Below are positions 1-14,050 of a stretch of 64,000 nt of DNA, in pieces. Position 1 is the stretch's first letter. Every line of letters begins with the position of its first letter. The notes under the pieces were generated by a model. That model was not told the origin of the DNA. It worked only from the letters and a program-made list of their open reading frames with translations, and searched no databases. Source of the DNA: Eledone cirrhosa (taxonomy: Eukaryota); NCBI GenBank assembly GCA_964016885.1, contig OZ024745.1, positions 112,964,001 to 113,028,000 on the forward strand, written 5' to 3'. The translations under genes were made by a program, and so were the position numbers.

Positions 1-399
1 ATCCTTAATTATTTTATCGACCATGGAAGAATGAAAAGCAAGGTCTATCCCCGTGGGATGTAATTTCAGAACGTGAAGGGATTTTAAAAAATGCTACAAA
101 ACGTTTTTCTCGCCTCTCCACAATTTAGAATACTGCAAAGAATTTTGTTTGACGCTCTACCAATTCTGTCATCCACAACCATCAAACGAAGACTAGTCCA
201 GTACTTTCTCCAAATAAACCGCCAAAATATGAATAAAATATTGATTTACCGATAAAAGAATTTAGATTCACAGGTCAGAAGTAATAAAACGTTATGATAT
301 CCGAAGTGAAGAAAGTATGATTTGTCACCAGAAAATGAGATCAATTCGGGATTCACCTAATTGGTAATTGTAATTAACAGCGCTTATCAAACAGTGCTC

Positions 400-642
400 A
401 TCATTGGCATAAACATGTCCCAAGTCTAGAATACAATGAACAAAATGTAAAATATATGGAAGCTCTTCAGAACATCTGAGTCAGTGTTGTTGTATAATTT
501 AGGTACATGAACTCTGACACAAGCACTTTAGAAGAAACTAGATGGTGCATACTCTAAAATGCTTAGGTTTGTACATAACATAAACTGGCGTCAACGTATT
601 ACAAACGGAAGTTTATAAGGAAACTTGCCCAAGATACCAACT
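400..642 (+). mobile_element. Degenerate RTE-X-like LINE fragment (post-RT region)
   Basis: Translates with stops/frameshifts to KLFR..SESVLLYNLGT*TLTQAL*KKLDGAYSKMLRFVHNINWRQRITN..GNLPKI; same family as 41105-41335. Confidence 0.6.
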
Positions 643-1031
643 TGGTGAGCAGGGCATGTTGAGCTTCCAGTAACCAGGTCCTAACGCATGAGTTCTATCT
701 AGATCGACCAACTTCGCTATTGTTTATGTCCAGGACCACCAACTTACCGTCCGTGCCGAGGAAGACCATCCTTACCTCGAGGCTTAGGCCGTTCTTAAAC
801 AGCACTACCACTCCCCCTCCCATTGTTGGCCAACTAAGAGATGCAAATATCTGATAGTCGTCGAAAATGGGGGAGGGAGGGGGGGGCTTGTGCGATTGTG
901 TCGGAAATCCAAGTCTTGCTGACGACAGTGACATCCATATCTAGTGACCTGAAGTCGCTGAGCAGGTGACCCTGCTTCTATGACGATCCTAAGCTACGAA
1001 CATTAAAACATCCTACTCTTAAGATGGCCAT
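643..1031 (-). pseudogene. Tx1/L1-type LINE ORF2 N-terminus (AP endonuclease), degenerate
   Basis: ATG at 1031: MAILRVGCFNVRSLGSS*KQGHLLSDFRSLDMDV...GGGVVVLFKNGLSLEVRMVFLGTDGKLVVLDI; homologous to 34230-33900. Confidence 0.8.
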
Positions 1032-1069
1032 GCTGTTTGGTTAAACAAGAGATAAAAGGTTTATTTACA

Positions 1070-1485
1070 TCCTGGGCGACTGTGGGGATCGGGTGGTTCC
1101 ACCTATATGTTTGGCAGCAAACGGACCTTTTGATCATTGGCACGCATCCATTCCACGAAAAGCGAAAGAATAAATTCTCCAGTGCGGTCAGAGATAGACT
1201 AGGACAAAGCACGACGATCAGACGTTAGTATTGGACGTGTTCGCCATCTCTGCCCGACCTTTCAGAGACGGCTTCCTCTCAACCCATTTCTAGGTGAGAG
1301 TGCCTCCACCCCACCATCACTGCTCATTATTTCATCCCAAATTTTGTCAATTTGGAGGTCAGGACCAAATCAGACACTGAGCGATTTAACTGACCCATCC
1401 GTCCTGCACTCGGTGACGTTGTTGGACGGTATGGACTTGCCTCTCTAGATGCCGAGCCGCAGGCACATCGACATTTCCTGGTTAA
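1070..1485 (-). mobile_element. Tx1-type LINE RT C-terminal fragment
   Basis: LTALENLFFRFSWNGCVPMIKRSVCCQ and upstream GPDLQIDK-type segment are homologous to 31607-32033. Confidence 0.75.
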
Positions 1486-2456
1486 GTAATAATAGTTTTT
1501 TTATTGACCACAATACCCAGAGAAGTTGGGGATAGCAAAAAAGATGGAAAACAAACCCAGGAAAGATTTAACAGTAGTTAAATTCTTTAGGAATTCGGGG
1601 AACTGTTTCTGTTTTAATTATTTGTTGTGTTATATGTGTCTCTTCAACTCACTGTTGTGTTTCTAGCTGTCTCATGTGATTATTGCTGCAGTATTTTCTG
1701 TAGTTGTTTTTATTGTTTTTTTTTTGTATATTTGGCTTACAGGTTTATTTTTTTTTTTTTTTTATGATGTTCGTAGTAGAAGTGTGTGTGGTTAAATAAC
1801 TCTACCACACGGTTGCACCTCATGGCTTTGTTTTGTGTAGCTTCTTTTTACCTATCTTGTAGCAGGTCTTTCACTTCGAACTGGTCTCAGAATCAGAGAT
1901 GTCTGGTTTTGTTACTGTGGGTTGTAACTTTAATGTTTTAGTCAGTCTAATACTTATTTCAGTTTGGTGCATATATTAACAAATTGCTAACTTATGATTT
2001 TGACACAACATCAAGTTTAGAAGGGATAATGTAAACAGATATGAGCACAGAGATATAAATAGACACACATATACATACTACAATTCTATATAAGTATATA
2101 TAAAACCGTTATCGCATCAATTTGTTCACAAAACACTGTGCAAATAACGTTAGCTGAATGCCAACCTGCATTCACGACTCAACTCCTGATAAACCAAACA
2201 GAGAACAACCCTCCATATTCAGCAAACCGAATGCGGACCGCCAACCTTCCCAAACTCGGCAAACCGAACACAGCCTGAGGAAGAGAGATACGTTATCAAG
2301 CTGCAGCTGTCATATTACGTAGTTTTGTCTACGATGAGCTTGTCATCAGTTTCTCTCAATCAAATTTCCTTCACAAGGCAACTTTTTCTAATTGTCGTTT
2401 TCCCTCTCTCTTCTGAACACACAAACACACACACACACACACATACACATACACAT

Positions 2457-2550
<94 letters not shown>

Positions 2551-4199
2551 TCCTTCTTTTCCCTTTTACTGTGAGTAGTAAACCCTTACATGGTTCGTGA
2601 CACCATGTTTGTGACAGCTACTTCCAAAATGCTGCAGATGCGATTCGGTCGGGGATGTCCTTGAGATTCTAATGTGTTTGGATCATGAGTTCTATATCTA
2701 TCCTCGATCAGTTCACCTAACACAATCCGTGGATCTTCAGCATGGTTGAGACAGAGGCTACTAGTTACCAGAAGTTTATTTCTGACAGTACATCCATCAG
2801 CCTCACTTTCGCCACTCTTTGCTCCAGGTTCAAGGGAATTAGTACAAACTCCTCACTCTTAACTGGGTCAGTGGAATGGTACTTTGCCTTATCTTTCGGG
2901 AGGAACCTTATGTCTACCTGGACCTGCGCCAGCCAGTGCAACAACTTTTTGCACCTATTTATCTGTACAGTACCGTACATGTCTCTGTATTTACATTGTT
3001 TCTTTTAATAATTTTCTCTATATTTCTATTTTACTTTCATGAACCAAGTGAAAGCAGTTAAATCACATAAAAAAAATGGAAAACAATTCTGTAGATTCTT
3101 ACAAAAGCATAAATTGTATAGATGAAACACATTTATATTAAAAGAAGAATATTTCTTGAGACTCCCTCTCTTTTCATCTGGTGCGAACACATTTAACCAA
3201 GAATGCTAAACAAAACTCGATACGAAATTGTACAGAATTATAACCAATTCCCACAAGCATATTTATATTCTGCAGATGACAGACAGTTAGAAACCATACA
3301 ATGCATAATTTCACAAGAGAAATTGTTATGGAATTTGGTTTATAGAAATACAACCTTGAAGAGCAAAAAAATAATAACGTATTAGATAAATAATCAGAGA
3401 CAAGAAAATTGAATTAAACACAGACTTACAAACAACTGGAAGGTACATTATAGACATCTTAGCTTAATATATAAAATAGAGCTAGACTCCTAAACTAAGG
3501 TATAATCTAGGTGCCCCAATTGTTTCTACTTTTGGCGCAAAGCCAAAAATTACCCAGTGTATTACTGGTACTTTATTTTATCGAGCCAATAATAATATTC
3601 ATATTTTTCTCTTATTTTGCTAAATTAATAAGCAAGCAAGACAGAAAAACACGACGAAAAAGGAATCTAGAACATACCTCACAAAAACCAAGAGAAAAAT
3701 ATTATACTTATTTCAAACACAGGGACTAAGGGGCGTTCTGCAACTAGAAAATTATAATGAAGTATCTACTCAAGGGTTGTAAAGGTATCTCATAACGGTA
3801 TTAGAAAACTAATATAAATAGCGACAAAATACGAACAAAATAAAACAGCGCCCTGTATCCCAGGAGACCAAGAAACACAACACAGGCCGAAACAACAGAG
3901 GGGTGAAGAGAAAGGGAAAATAACAAAATTGTTAAAATAATGAAATCTGAGCTGAAATTGAAACTATACACGTGATTGCTAAAACACGAAAGATCCATAC
4001 GGAGCCAGTATCTGAAGTGTATAAACAAAAAACCCGTAAAGATGAAAGGAAAAGCTAACCTCAGCAGGATTTGAACTCAAGACGTAAAGAATCGTAACTA
4101 TACAAGAAATTCAATTCTAATTTTCTGTAGAAACAATATTAACGTATGCTAGGATGGCCGACTTGATATGTTATATTTATAATTAACAAACTAACCTGC

Positions 4200-4790
4200 A
4201 TCCCGCCCAGCTTAACTTTGTCTTTCATCCTTACGGGGGTCGATAAAATAAAGTACCAGTAATGTACTGGGTAATTGCTGGCCTTATGTCAAAAGTAGAA
4301 ATAATTATGTAAAGGCAGTATTAGTGGAGCGTTGGAGACAATGCTTCGTGGTAGAGAGTTACGTCCCTTTACGTTCTGCGTTCAAATCCCGCCGAGGTTA
4401 GCTTGCATTTCGTCCTTACGGGGGTCGATAAAATAAAGCACCAGTAATGCACTGGGGTCGATTTAATCAACTTTTCCCTCCCCTAAGCTTGCTGGCCTTG
4501 TGTCTATAGTAGAAATCATTAGTTCAAATCCCGCCGAGGTTAACTTTGCCTTTCATCCTTACGGGGTCGGGTCGATAAAATAAAGTACCAGTAATACACT
4601 GAGTATTTGCTGGCATTGTGCCAAAAGTAGAAACAATTATTACTTTATTAGTAGAGCGTTGGAGACAATGCTTCATGCTAGAGAGTTAGGTCCCTTTATG
4701 TTGTGAGTTCAAATCCCGCCGAGGTTAGCTTTGCTTTTCATCCTTACAGGTTAAAATAAAGTATCAGTAAAGCACTGGATTCGATTCCAA
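4200..4790 (+). mobile_element. Head-to-tail cluster of about 4 partial/complete tRNA-derived Meta-domain SINEs
   Basis: Repeated GTTCAAATCCCGCCGAGG (B box) + GCCTTTCATCCTTACGGGGTCGATAAAATAAAGTACCAGT core + TAGAAACAATTATT tail. Confidence 0.85.
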
Positions 4791-5199
4791 TGCATGTCAT
4801 CCTGGGCAAGTGTCATTTACCATTCCCCATGCGGGCGAAACTGAGTAGACGGAAACTGTTCGGAAGCCCATCCAGTAATTCAAAGAGCCTGTCTTGTTAC
4901 ACATAGTGTCACTTTGAATTTGTGGAATGCTCAACACGTTTATTTCGTAAGCAGGCTGTTCTGTTAATTGGAAAATTCATTAGAGAACCGCTAGAGGTCC
5001 ATATCATTCGAATTTGACAAAGAAATTGGTATCATTGGAGTATTTTATTACACCCCTATCAATTGTTTGTTGATGCCTGTTGCAATTTATCTCTACAACA
5101 ATTACATTTATAGTAATTACCAAAACACTAAAGAAAATAACAATGCGTCTGCACAGAGCATTTGATTCTTCCCTCTTTGATTCTTCCTCTGTGTCTGTG

Positions 5200-5298
5200 T
5201 ATATGTAATTAAACACATATATATATGTATATATATATATTGTATATATATTGTATGTATATACTACATCGATGTACACCTGCCCCACACAAACACAT

Positions 5299-5388
<90 letters not shown>

Positions 5389-5438
5389 ATGTGTGTGTAA
5401 TTATATATATATATACAACATATATATATATATACAAC

Positions 5439-5473
<35 letters not shown>

Positions 5474-5499
5474 CATATATATATACACATATATATACA

Positions 5500-5533
<34 letters not shown>

Positions 5534-5538
5534 CACAC

Positions 5539-5570
<32 letters not shown>

Positions 5571-5575
5571 GTGTG

Positions 5576-5622
<47 letters not shown>

Positions 5623-5736
5623 ATATATATATGTGTATATATATATATGTATATATATACACATATATATACCTTTCATTTATATATGTATATATATACA
5701 CATATATATACCTTTCATTTATATATATATATATAT
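5200..5736. repeat. Compound (TA)n/(TG)n microsatellite array
   Basis: Direct reading; source of the spurious YI-repeat ORFs. Confidence 0.97.
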
Positions 5737-5939
5737 TGGTCCGTTCATATTCATTTAATCCAGTTATAGTTATATTCTGACCTGAAATTCAGTCTCGATA
5801 GAATGTGTCAATGGAGGATAAATGTAGCTACGTACTGGGATCGATTTTATTGATTGTGCATCCAACCTACAAACATATGACCTAATTTTGAAGTTTGCAA
5901 TCCACGTCATGAAAAATTATCCAATAATTCATTTTCCTA

Positions 5940-6175
5940 TTATTGATTTCTAAATTCGGCACAATGCCAGCGAAATTTTATTATTGCGGGGCGGAGGGCA
6001 AAGTTTACTAAATCAACCTCAGTACGTGACTGGTACTTTATTTTATCTATTCCGACGGAATGATGAAAGGTAAATTTGACCTTGGCGAGATTTGAACTCA
6101 GAACGTAAAAAGCAAGAAATACTGCAATGGCATTTTATCGAACGGCCTAATATTTCTGCCAATCCATCACCCTTA
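5940..6175 (-). mobile_element. Diverged Meta-domain SINE
   Basis: Reverse complement of SINE core (ACTGGTACTTTATTTTATC...GATTTGAACTCAGAACGTAAA). Confidence 0.7.
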
Positions 6176-6227
6176 TTTTCCTTTTATTCACAAGAAAACT
6201 TGATCGTAATTTCATTTGACTCTCCAT

Positions 6228-6365
6228 AAGACTATTTTATAAATAACAAAAAGACTATTTTATAAATAACAAAAAGACTATTTTATAAATAACAAAAAGA
6301 CTATTTTATAAATAACAAAAAGACTATTTTATAAATAACAAAAAGACTATTTTATAAATAACAAA
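6228..6365. repeat. Perfect 23-bp minisatellite, 6 copies (AAGACTATTTTATAAATAACAAA)
   Basis: Units start at 6228, 6251, 6274, 6297, 6320, 6343. Confidence 0.95.
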
Positions 6366-6404
6366 GCGATTGTTTAATAGTTTAAAACGTTTGGTATATG
6401 TCAA

Positions 6405-6555
6405 GTAAGGTTGCGAATTGGCAGAGTTGTTAGAACGTCGGATAAAATGCTTTGTGGTATTCGTTTCGGAACTCTGCCCAAAATCCCGCCGTAGGTCAAC
6501 TTTGTTTTTCATCCATTTGAAGTCGATAAAATTACCAGTCAAGTACTGGGGTAGA
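6405..6555 (+). mobile_element. Diverged Meta-domain SINE
   Basis: A-box-like TGGCAGAGTTG, AAATCCCGCCG and TTTCATCC..GTCGATAAAATTACCAGT core. Confidence 0.65.
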
Positions 6556-6825
6556 TTCTTCCTCTATATCTCTTTCCCATTTATTCTCTATCTAACTCTC
6601 TATCTGCTGTATTCAGACATAGAGAGGATTAGATGTCACCAGATTTTAAAATGGCCTTAAAACGCCGTATTTCAATATGACGCTCCTACAACACCCCAGG
6701 AGTGAGACGACCATGCAATGACATATGCCAAGTTAACAATGGAGCAGTCACATATGTTTCAATGATCAGCATACTCATTTAAAAAAGAATGGATGAATAT
6801 GGTGATTACATTTGTTTTAAATATA

Positions 6826-6964
6826 ACTAGCAGAATGGCCCGGCGTTGCTCAGGATTTGCTCTAGGGTTCTTATATATTTGATATATATTTATCCTTATC
6901 GAGCCTCGTGAAATAAATACGTTTGTTTATATTTTGTTATGTGTATGCAAAAATATCTGTATAC

Positions 6965-7049
<85 letters not shown>

Positions 7050-7510
7050 TAACAGATTAAAGTTTAAGCAAAGAATCGCTGCTTTCACCTTTAACGGGAT
7101 CTTCTGAAACTAAAAAAATCAATCTGTGAACGCAGAAGTAAATATTTCGAAAAAACGTTACACACTATATATATATATATACACACACTATATATACATA
7201 TATATACACACACACACATATAACGTCATAATGTCGTAATGCAGACAGCCAGACATACAGACAGATATTATAAGGGCGCAACGTTATATCTATGTATCTA
7301 TCTAAAAAGAAAGACGAATAATTATAGAGAGAGATCACTAAATCGCCTAATGCGGTCCCTAGGGCATTGAACATTTGAAATATTTGCTCAAAACACTCAC
7401 AGGACCATAAGTATTACATGTGTGAAGTTTGAAAACAATCGGTTGGGTAGTTCTCGAGTTTTAGGGAGTCAGACAGACAGACAGACATTCTCTGTTTTAG
7501 ATATATAGAT
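6826..7510 (-). mobile_element. Non-autonomous Helentron/HINE (DINE-1-like) rolling-circle element
   Basis: 5' end ATCTATATAT..AAAAC..(GTCT)n; 3' end GC-rich hairpin ..CGCCGGGCCATTCTGCTAGT; second copy at 38730-39442. Confidence 0.65.
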
Positions 7511-7690
7511 ATGCAAGATAATAAGTATGAAATGCAAGTCAATCAATGACCCAGTTAATGTGAAGGTGAAACTCTAGAGTAATATGACTCATTATTTAGC
7601 CATAATAAATGAATATATGTATGTATACACACACACACATATATATATATAGATGGCGTAGACATTACAATACAACGGGAGGATGATAGT

Positions 7691-7732
7691 ACCACTGATG
7701 ATGCCACAGGTGTGTGATGAAAGAACTTTGAT
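7691..7732 (+). ncRNA. Degenerate minimal hammerhead-like motif in a short island between (TA)n arrays
   Basis: CTGATGA-(CACA GG TGTG stem)-GAAAGAACTT; stem I poorly paired. Confidence 0.35.
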
Positions 7733-7818
<86 letters not shown>

Positions 7819-8112
7819 TATCTATATTTTCAACCGTTGGTCAATCAATGATAAACATTGTTTGCCAGCTGAATTAACTATAGGGATATAAAATATTCAG
7901 AAGCGAAAACCAATCCAAACCAAACCAAACCAAACAGTGAGTGCATTTTATTTCTGGCAATATTATAACAATATGACCCTCCCCAAATATAACAATATAT
8001 ATACTGTATATATAGTAATAATAATAAATTTGAAGACTAAAATCCAAAGAAGACCCCATTAAGGGTAAAAGCAGTTATTCTTTGCTTAAACTTTAATTTG
8101 TTATTTTAATAA

Positions 8113-8169
<57 letters not shown>

Positions 8170-8595
8170 CATTCTTCCATAGAAGGTGAAGCATTCATTT
8201 TGCTTTCTCTAATGGCTAGAATATATGCGGCTCGCTACACATACATCCTCATAACTACATACGTTAAAACACAAAATCTCCGAAGGTGTTTATGTACGAA
8301 ATTCTACGCATTGGAGTCATTTATGTAGCTTCACAGCTATAATAAAAATATATGTCAGTTTTATTTCTCCCGGTTCTACAACTAAACCTACAAACAACCC
8401 CGCACTCACACATATACATACATGCACCCTCCACATACGTGCGCATATATATATATATATATACAGTATACATACATTTTCATGTGGGTGAGTTCATGAT
8501 GTGTATTTGTATTTGTTTGTTCGTGTGTGTGTGTAACTGAAAAAGAGAATATGAGGAAGGGGAAGAAATTGATCGAGACATAGAAAGAAAGAGTT

Positions 8596-8648
<53 letters not shown>

Positions 8649-8922
8649 TATATGCTGAAAACTGTAATGTACTTCTCTCTTTTACTGCTATTCTAGTTCA
8701 TGTAAAACTTTCATTCTTTCTACATAATTTTTCTCCGTTTTCCGAGTTTGGGATATTAGATTCGGATGTTTTTTTTATATGGAATATACTAGAATAGATC
8801 TCAATTTCTATGCCAAACTTTATGATGATGATTTGTTGAAAAATGGCAAGGTTGTCTCAAGACAAACTTTGAGTCGCGTTGTGTGTATGTGTATGTTTGT
8901 GAGTTAATGTTTCTCTCCTCAC

Positions 8923-9459
<537 letters not shown>

Positions 9460-9547
9460 GTATTTGAGCTCAGATGAAAATTCTCTGTTCTTCTTCGAGC
9501 TCATATTATTATTACTGTGAACTGCGGAATACTTTAATTCCGATCTT

Positions 9548-9633
<86 letters not shown>

Positions 9634-9702
9634 CACATATATATATATACATATACATATATATATATATACATATACACATATATATATATATATATAT
9701 AC

Positions 9703-9852
<150 letters not shown>

Positions 9853-10100
9853 ATATATATATATATACATATATGGATATATATATATACATATATGTAT
9901 TAGTTATACTATTTATGGTTATGTAAATACAAAACCTTAAGCAGTTGTAAGTATTTTACACACACCCTAAATAGTGGTAGGCAGTATTGTATTACTACCT
10001 TATTACAAGTAAGTTAAGTAGCTCAATGTAAAAACATCAGATGATTTACAGAGCAGTTATATGAAATATAAGAATCAAAGAACTGTTCAAAACATTATTG

Positions 10101-10147
10101 TGCTTACAGCTGTTTCCTCCAAACCGAGGTTTGGATTCTTCGGAGCA
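10101..10147 (-). ncRNA. Minimal type I hammerhead ribozyme motif in 3' pLTR (core variant CCGAAGA)
   Basis: TGCT-CCGAAGA-A-TCCAAAC(CTCG)GTTTGGA-G-GAAA-CAGCTG-TA-AGCA; palindromic stem III ACAGCTGT; GUA triplet. Confidence 0.75.
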
Positions 10148-11590
10148 ATTTATTAATGCATGGACAGTTATATGACCTCCTTTTCAGTCGAGAGATATAC
10201 CAATACATATTCAAACATTGATACATATTCAAACATTGTGGGTCAACATTCATTACAGAATTTAGAGTGGCAGTACACACTTCGAGATTACATTTATATT
10301 AATAGGTACAATAAAAAATAAAAAATATAGGTTAAAATACAACATGAAGATAAGCGGTTATATAGTGCAAATGTTATATGTGTGGCACGCATGTGCGTCT
10401 TGTTTATATAGTGTGGTAGAGAGATATGTGTGGTAGAGGCACTTAGGTAGGTAAATAAGAGTGTTAGGTTGGTAGATCTGGAGGCAAATTCTTTATATGA
10501 TTGATATAGTCTGTGTGTGGAGAAATATTATAAGCATTAAAGATAGTGCAAGCATTAAAAGTGTTATAAGTAATGGAGATGCACAGCGCAGGGATGACAA
10601 GTATTTCATGTACTTCGGCATTTTCATGGTCAGGGAGTGTATTTTTCGATTATATGCCCTTCACATAATCCACGACAATCCAGTTAGAGATCGTAGTCTG
10701 GTGTTCTTTAGTTCGATACAGGAGGTTGTTACGTTTCTAGAAACGCCATTGAATACCGCCCGGAAGTGTGTGTGTGGCTAAGGGGAGTTAATGCATGCGG
10801 GGAGGTAACTCTGGGGTTTCTATATCTAGCCATTAAAATGTGTCCCAATATAGACCCTAAATTCCATGGTGATGCGCATCTTCCAAGAGAGATTTTTAAA
10901 GCATAAAGTGTATTAACTATAGAGTAGTTTAATTAAGTTATGCTGAAGGTGATCATATTATTATGGTGGATTAACCCATCTTAAGGTGCCACAAATGGAT
11001 ATTATAGATGATGAGCGAGGATTCTAAATTAATGATCTCTGTGGTTGTAGTCTGCTCATATGACCAGGCGCGGTGATTGCAGGCTTGCTTCAGGACCCAA
11101 TGATCTCTGGTAAGATCTGGGTCATTGCTTGCTACATTTGATGTCGAAAGATAATTATCCCCAGGCCGGCCAAAGGTCAATCCGCAGTCCTCGCGACCCC
11201 TCTCTGACCGTCAGATCATCCATATACGTACAACCCGCACGGCAGTTGGAATGCATTCACTCACTGCGCTCAGCAGTCCGGTCCTACTGGTCAACAGCGC
11301 TACTCGATTAAATCATTTTACATCCGTCTAAGGAAGGTGTTTCCTCTGCACCACACTATCCAACCGATCAATTCATGCTCAAAATACCCTTAGAGCGGTG
11401 TAGTGCCGTTCAAGTGGGTGGATGTTGTCACACCTGCCGTAGAGGTGTAAATGGGTATTCTCCCTGCGAAGGGTTCCAGAGGGATGTCATTGTTTGTGTT
11501 ATAATGGATCAGTTAGTGTTGGGTATGTAGTATAAGGTGTGTCTCTGGTGTTTGATGCTAGATGTGGTGTTAGGTTCCAGTCCGACATTG

Positions 11591-14050
11591 CTATATATCG
11601 GGCTTAAAGTTTTGGAAGGAATGTCTGAGGCGGTGCTGGCAAGTTGCAAACACCTCAGATTTTTTGTTAAGTAGGTTACGGTTGGAGAAGATAATATTGT
11701 GTGTCTCTAGTATACAGAGGTTACAGAATTTATTAGGTGGTTTGTACGAGGTCGCGCTTCCTATCACTTCCCATTTGAGTGTGTATGGTTTATTTTTAGA
11801 TTTTAGATAGTGTATGTAGCTAGAAAGTGAGGTGGAGTTGGCTAGGCTGTGCTTTTTGAACGAGTGGATGTGCGAATTATATCTGATTTTGAAGCAGTTA
11901 GAAGTGGAGCCTACATAGGTTTCTGAAGAGTTATTAGTCGTGACGGTGCATGAGTATATGACATCCTTGGTTAGGCATTTTTTATCTAAAGGGCAGGTTC
12001 TATTAGCTCTACAGTTACAATTATCCTGTGCGTTAGTCCGCTGGTTATAATGCAATGCGGAAGTCTGTGTGGTAGATATAGGATTTTGGGTGTTCGGGTT
12101 GACAACCCTGGTGTTATTACTTATACTAGTGTTATTTCTATTGTTACTGCCGTTGCTATGGTTGCTTGCTACAGTGGTATTTAGAGGGTTTGCATCCCGT
12201 TGTGATTTTGTTTGTTGGAAGTAAGAACTAATTTTACTATTATTGCTGCTAGCTATGTGGTATGCTAAGTTAGGCGTCGTAGAGTATGAGATTTTAATGG
12301 TGTTTTTGTTTAAGAGGTTGTGGTACTTGTGTCCTAGAGGGAAGTTTTTATCTAGTAGTGAGAAGAAAGCCCTAGGTATGTTGGTGGAGACATTTAGGTT
12401 GAAAGGAGGGTTGAAAAATGTATTATTTCTTCTTCTATTTTTGCTTTTAGTGTTTGGTGTGTTGCTTCCTCCTAAGGCCCCACAGTAGTTTCCATGGTAA
12501 TGGTTACTTCCGGTGGCACCCTCCGCTTTGGTGTACTTGTGGTTGCTATTCCTATTATTAGATTTCCTCATGGACATGTTGTGCGAGATGATGTTGTAGC
12601 TATGTGTTTTCTTAGGTAGGAACTCAATTTCTATATTATGGCCGGAGCTAGCTAATGCTTGATTGTAATATTGTGAGTTTTTGCTAAATATGTTTGCGTC
12701 ATAGGACAGACTAGATATTCTATTGGACACCCCCTTAGAGATAGAGTTTAATATTGATCTAGGGTGATTAGACTTGGTATCTACGTAAATAAGTTTCTCA
12801 TTAGGCTTGTGGAAAGGTGTATATATTTTTGAGTCTAGGTATAGTGTGGCGTCTAGGAAGTTAACATTTTTAGTGTTTTTGTCCATGGTGATACTAAGGT
12901 TAAAGTTTTTGAATGTCTTATGCAGTTGTTTTATAGTTCTTTCTATATTAAATTTTTTATATTCTATAAGTAGAAGTGCATCATCGCGGTACAAACCACC
13001 GTTGAGGTAAGGGAGGTCCTTATGGATTTCGTTGAGGAGGTATAGGCCGACCAAATCTGTGACCTGCGCCGAGTCACTAGATCCCATGGTTATGTCGAAG
13101 TTGTTGTGCGTATCCTTGCGTGTCCATAGTTGGTCCTCAAAGGTGATTATGGTTTTACGGACCGCAAGGATGACATCAACCTGGGCTCTAGTCAGGTTGC
13201 TATTGGTCATGGCCATGATAAGTGCCTTATTTAATAGGATAGGGGAAATAGAGGTGTAGTACGAATTGATATCAAATTGAATAAATTTTTTGTTCTTATT
13301 ATTCTTGATATCCTTGAACCATTCAATTACTTCACCCGTATTTCCCCATTGTTTAAGGTGTATCTTGTGTTTAATTTGTGGGATGATTTTATCCAAAATC
13401 TTTTTGCCGATAATACCAATGTCGGACTTGGAAGGGCAGATAAGTCTTATCGTGGGGTTGCTGATGAAGTTCTCCTTATGGTCCTTCAGAGAGAATCTAG
13501 GGGGGTTCGGAGTGAAAGGTTGTGTATGCCTCTGTAGTCCTAGTTTAGACACTATATTATAGCCCTCTACATTAATATCTTCTAAGTTTTTCAAGGTGGT
13601 TTTTTTGTAGCTTTTATGTAGTTCATTATATATAAACTTTCTATAAGTATTATAATCTAGGCTGTATATGTTATTAGTTTTATCTGCGTGTACAATAATT
13701 TTATTACTAGTTTTGAATCCATTAATAGAAGTGTTAAGTTTGTTTAAGAAGGTGTTGCTTTTAATATGGTGCTTATTGTATTTAATGTTCTTAACTAGTT
13801 TAACTAGGTCATTTTCAAAGGAGTTAAGTAGAGTGTTATGAGGGGGGCTTTTAAAGGTTTTAAAGCCGAAGGAGTCAAAATTGTTAGTATTATTCAAGTT
13901 GTTAGATTTGTTTCTATCATAATGGAATGTCCTCCATCTCACTCTATTGATAAATGAATTTACACTGTTGATCAGCAATTTCTCATATGTATTCCTGGAT
14001 GGTATTGGTATGTTCTTGGTTGACATGGGGAGTTGGTCTTTGATTAGCAT
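11591..14050 (-). CDS. Penelope-like (Naiad-type) reverse transcriptase + C-terminal GIY-YIG endonuclease, 819 aa, intact
   Basis: N-terminal STKNIPIPS; RT motifs QFDINSYYTSI, FDITMGSSDSAQVTDLVGLY, GLYRDDAL; CNCR-x4-CPL-x3-CL knuckle; VIY...YVGST..FKIRY..H GIY-YIG; C-terminal CNLC..E...C.H. Confidence 0.95.
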   Translation of the reverse strand: MLIKDQLPMSTKNIPIPSRNTYEKLLINSVNSFINRVRWRTFHYDRNKSNNLNNTNNFDSFGFKTFKSPPHNTLLNSFENDLVKLVKNIKYNKHHIKSNTFLNKLNTSINGFKTSNKIIVHADKTNNIYSLDYNTYRKFIYNELHKSYKKTTLKNLEDINVEGYNIVSKLGLQRHTQPFTPNPPRFSLKDHKENFISNPTIRLICPSKSDIGIIGKKILDKIIPQIKHKIHLKQWGNTGEVIEWFKDIKNNKNKKFIQFDINSYYTSISPILLNKALIMAMTNSNLTRAQVDVILAVRKTIITFEDQLWTRKDTHNNFDITMGSSDSAQVTDLVGLYLLNEIHKDLPYLNGGLYRDDALLLIEYKKFNIERTIKQLHKTFKNFNLSITMDKNTKNVNFLDATLYLDSKIYTPFHKPNEKLIYVDTKSNHPRSILNSISKGVSNRISSLSYDANIFSKNSQYYNQALASSGHNIEIEFLPKKTHSYNIISHNMSMRKSNNRNSNHKYTKAEGATGSNHYHGNYCGALGGSNTPNTKSKNRRRNNTFFNPPFNLNVSTNIPRAFFSLLDKNFPLGHKYHNLLNKNTIKISYSTTPNLAYHIASSNNSKISSYFQQTKSQRDANPLNTTVASNHSNGSNNRNNTSISNNTRVVNPNTQNPISTTQTSALHYNQRTNAQDNCNCRANRTCPLDKKCLTKDVIYSCTVTTNNSSETYVGSTSNCFKIRYNSHIHSFKKHSLANSTSLSSYIHYLKSKNKPYTLKWEVIGSATSYKPPNKFCNLCILETHNIIFSNRNLLNKKSEVFATCQHRLRHSFQNFKPDI

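Noticed and set aside
2600-2980. Possible Tx1 ORF1 remnant
   Set aside because: Plausible by position, but no diagnostic motif could be confirmed
6228-6365. 23-bp direct repeats as a CRISPR array
   Set aside because: No spacers, eukaryotic context, no cas genes
10497-11311. Small ORFs in the Naiad 3' UTR as accessory genes
   Set aside because: 60-94 aa, no recognisable motifs, and one is frameshifted in the near-identical inverted copy
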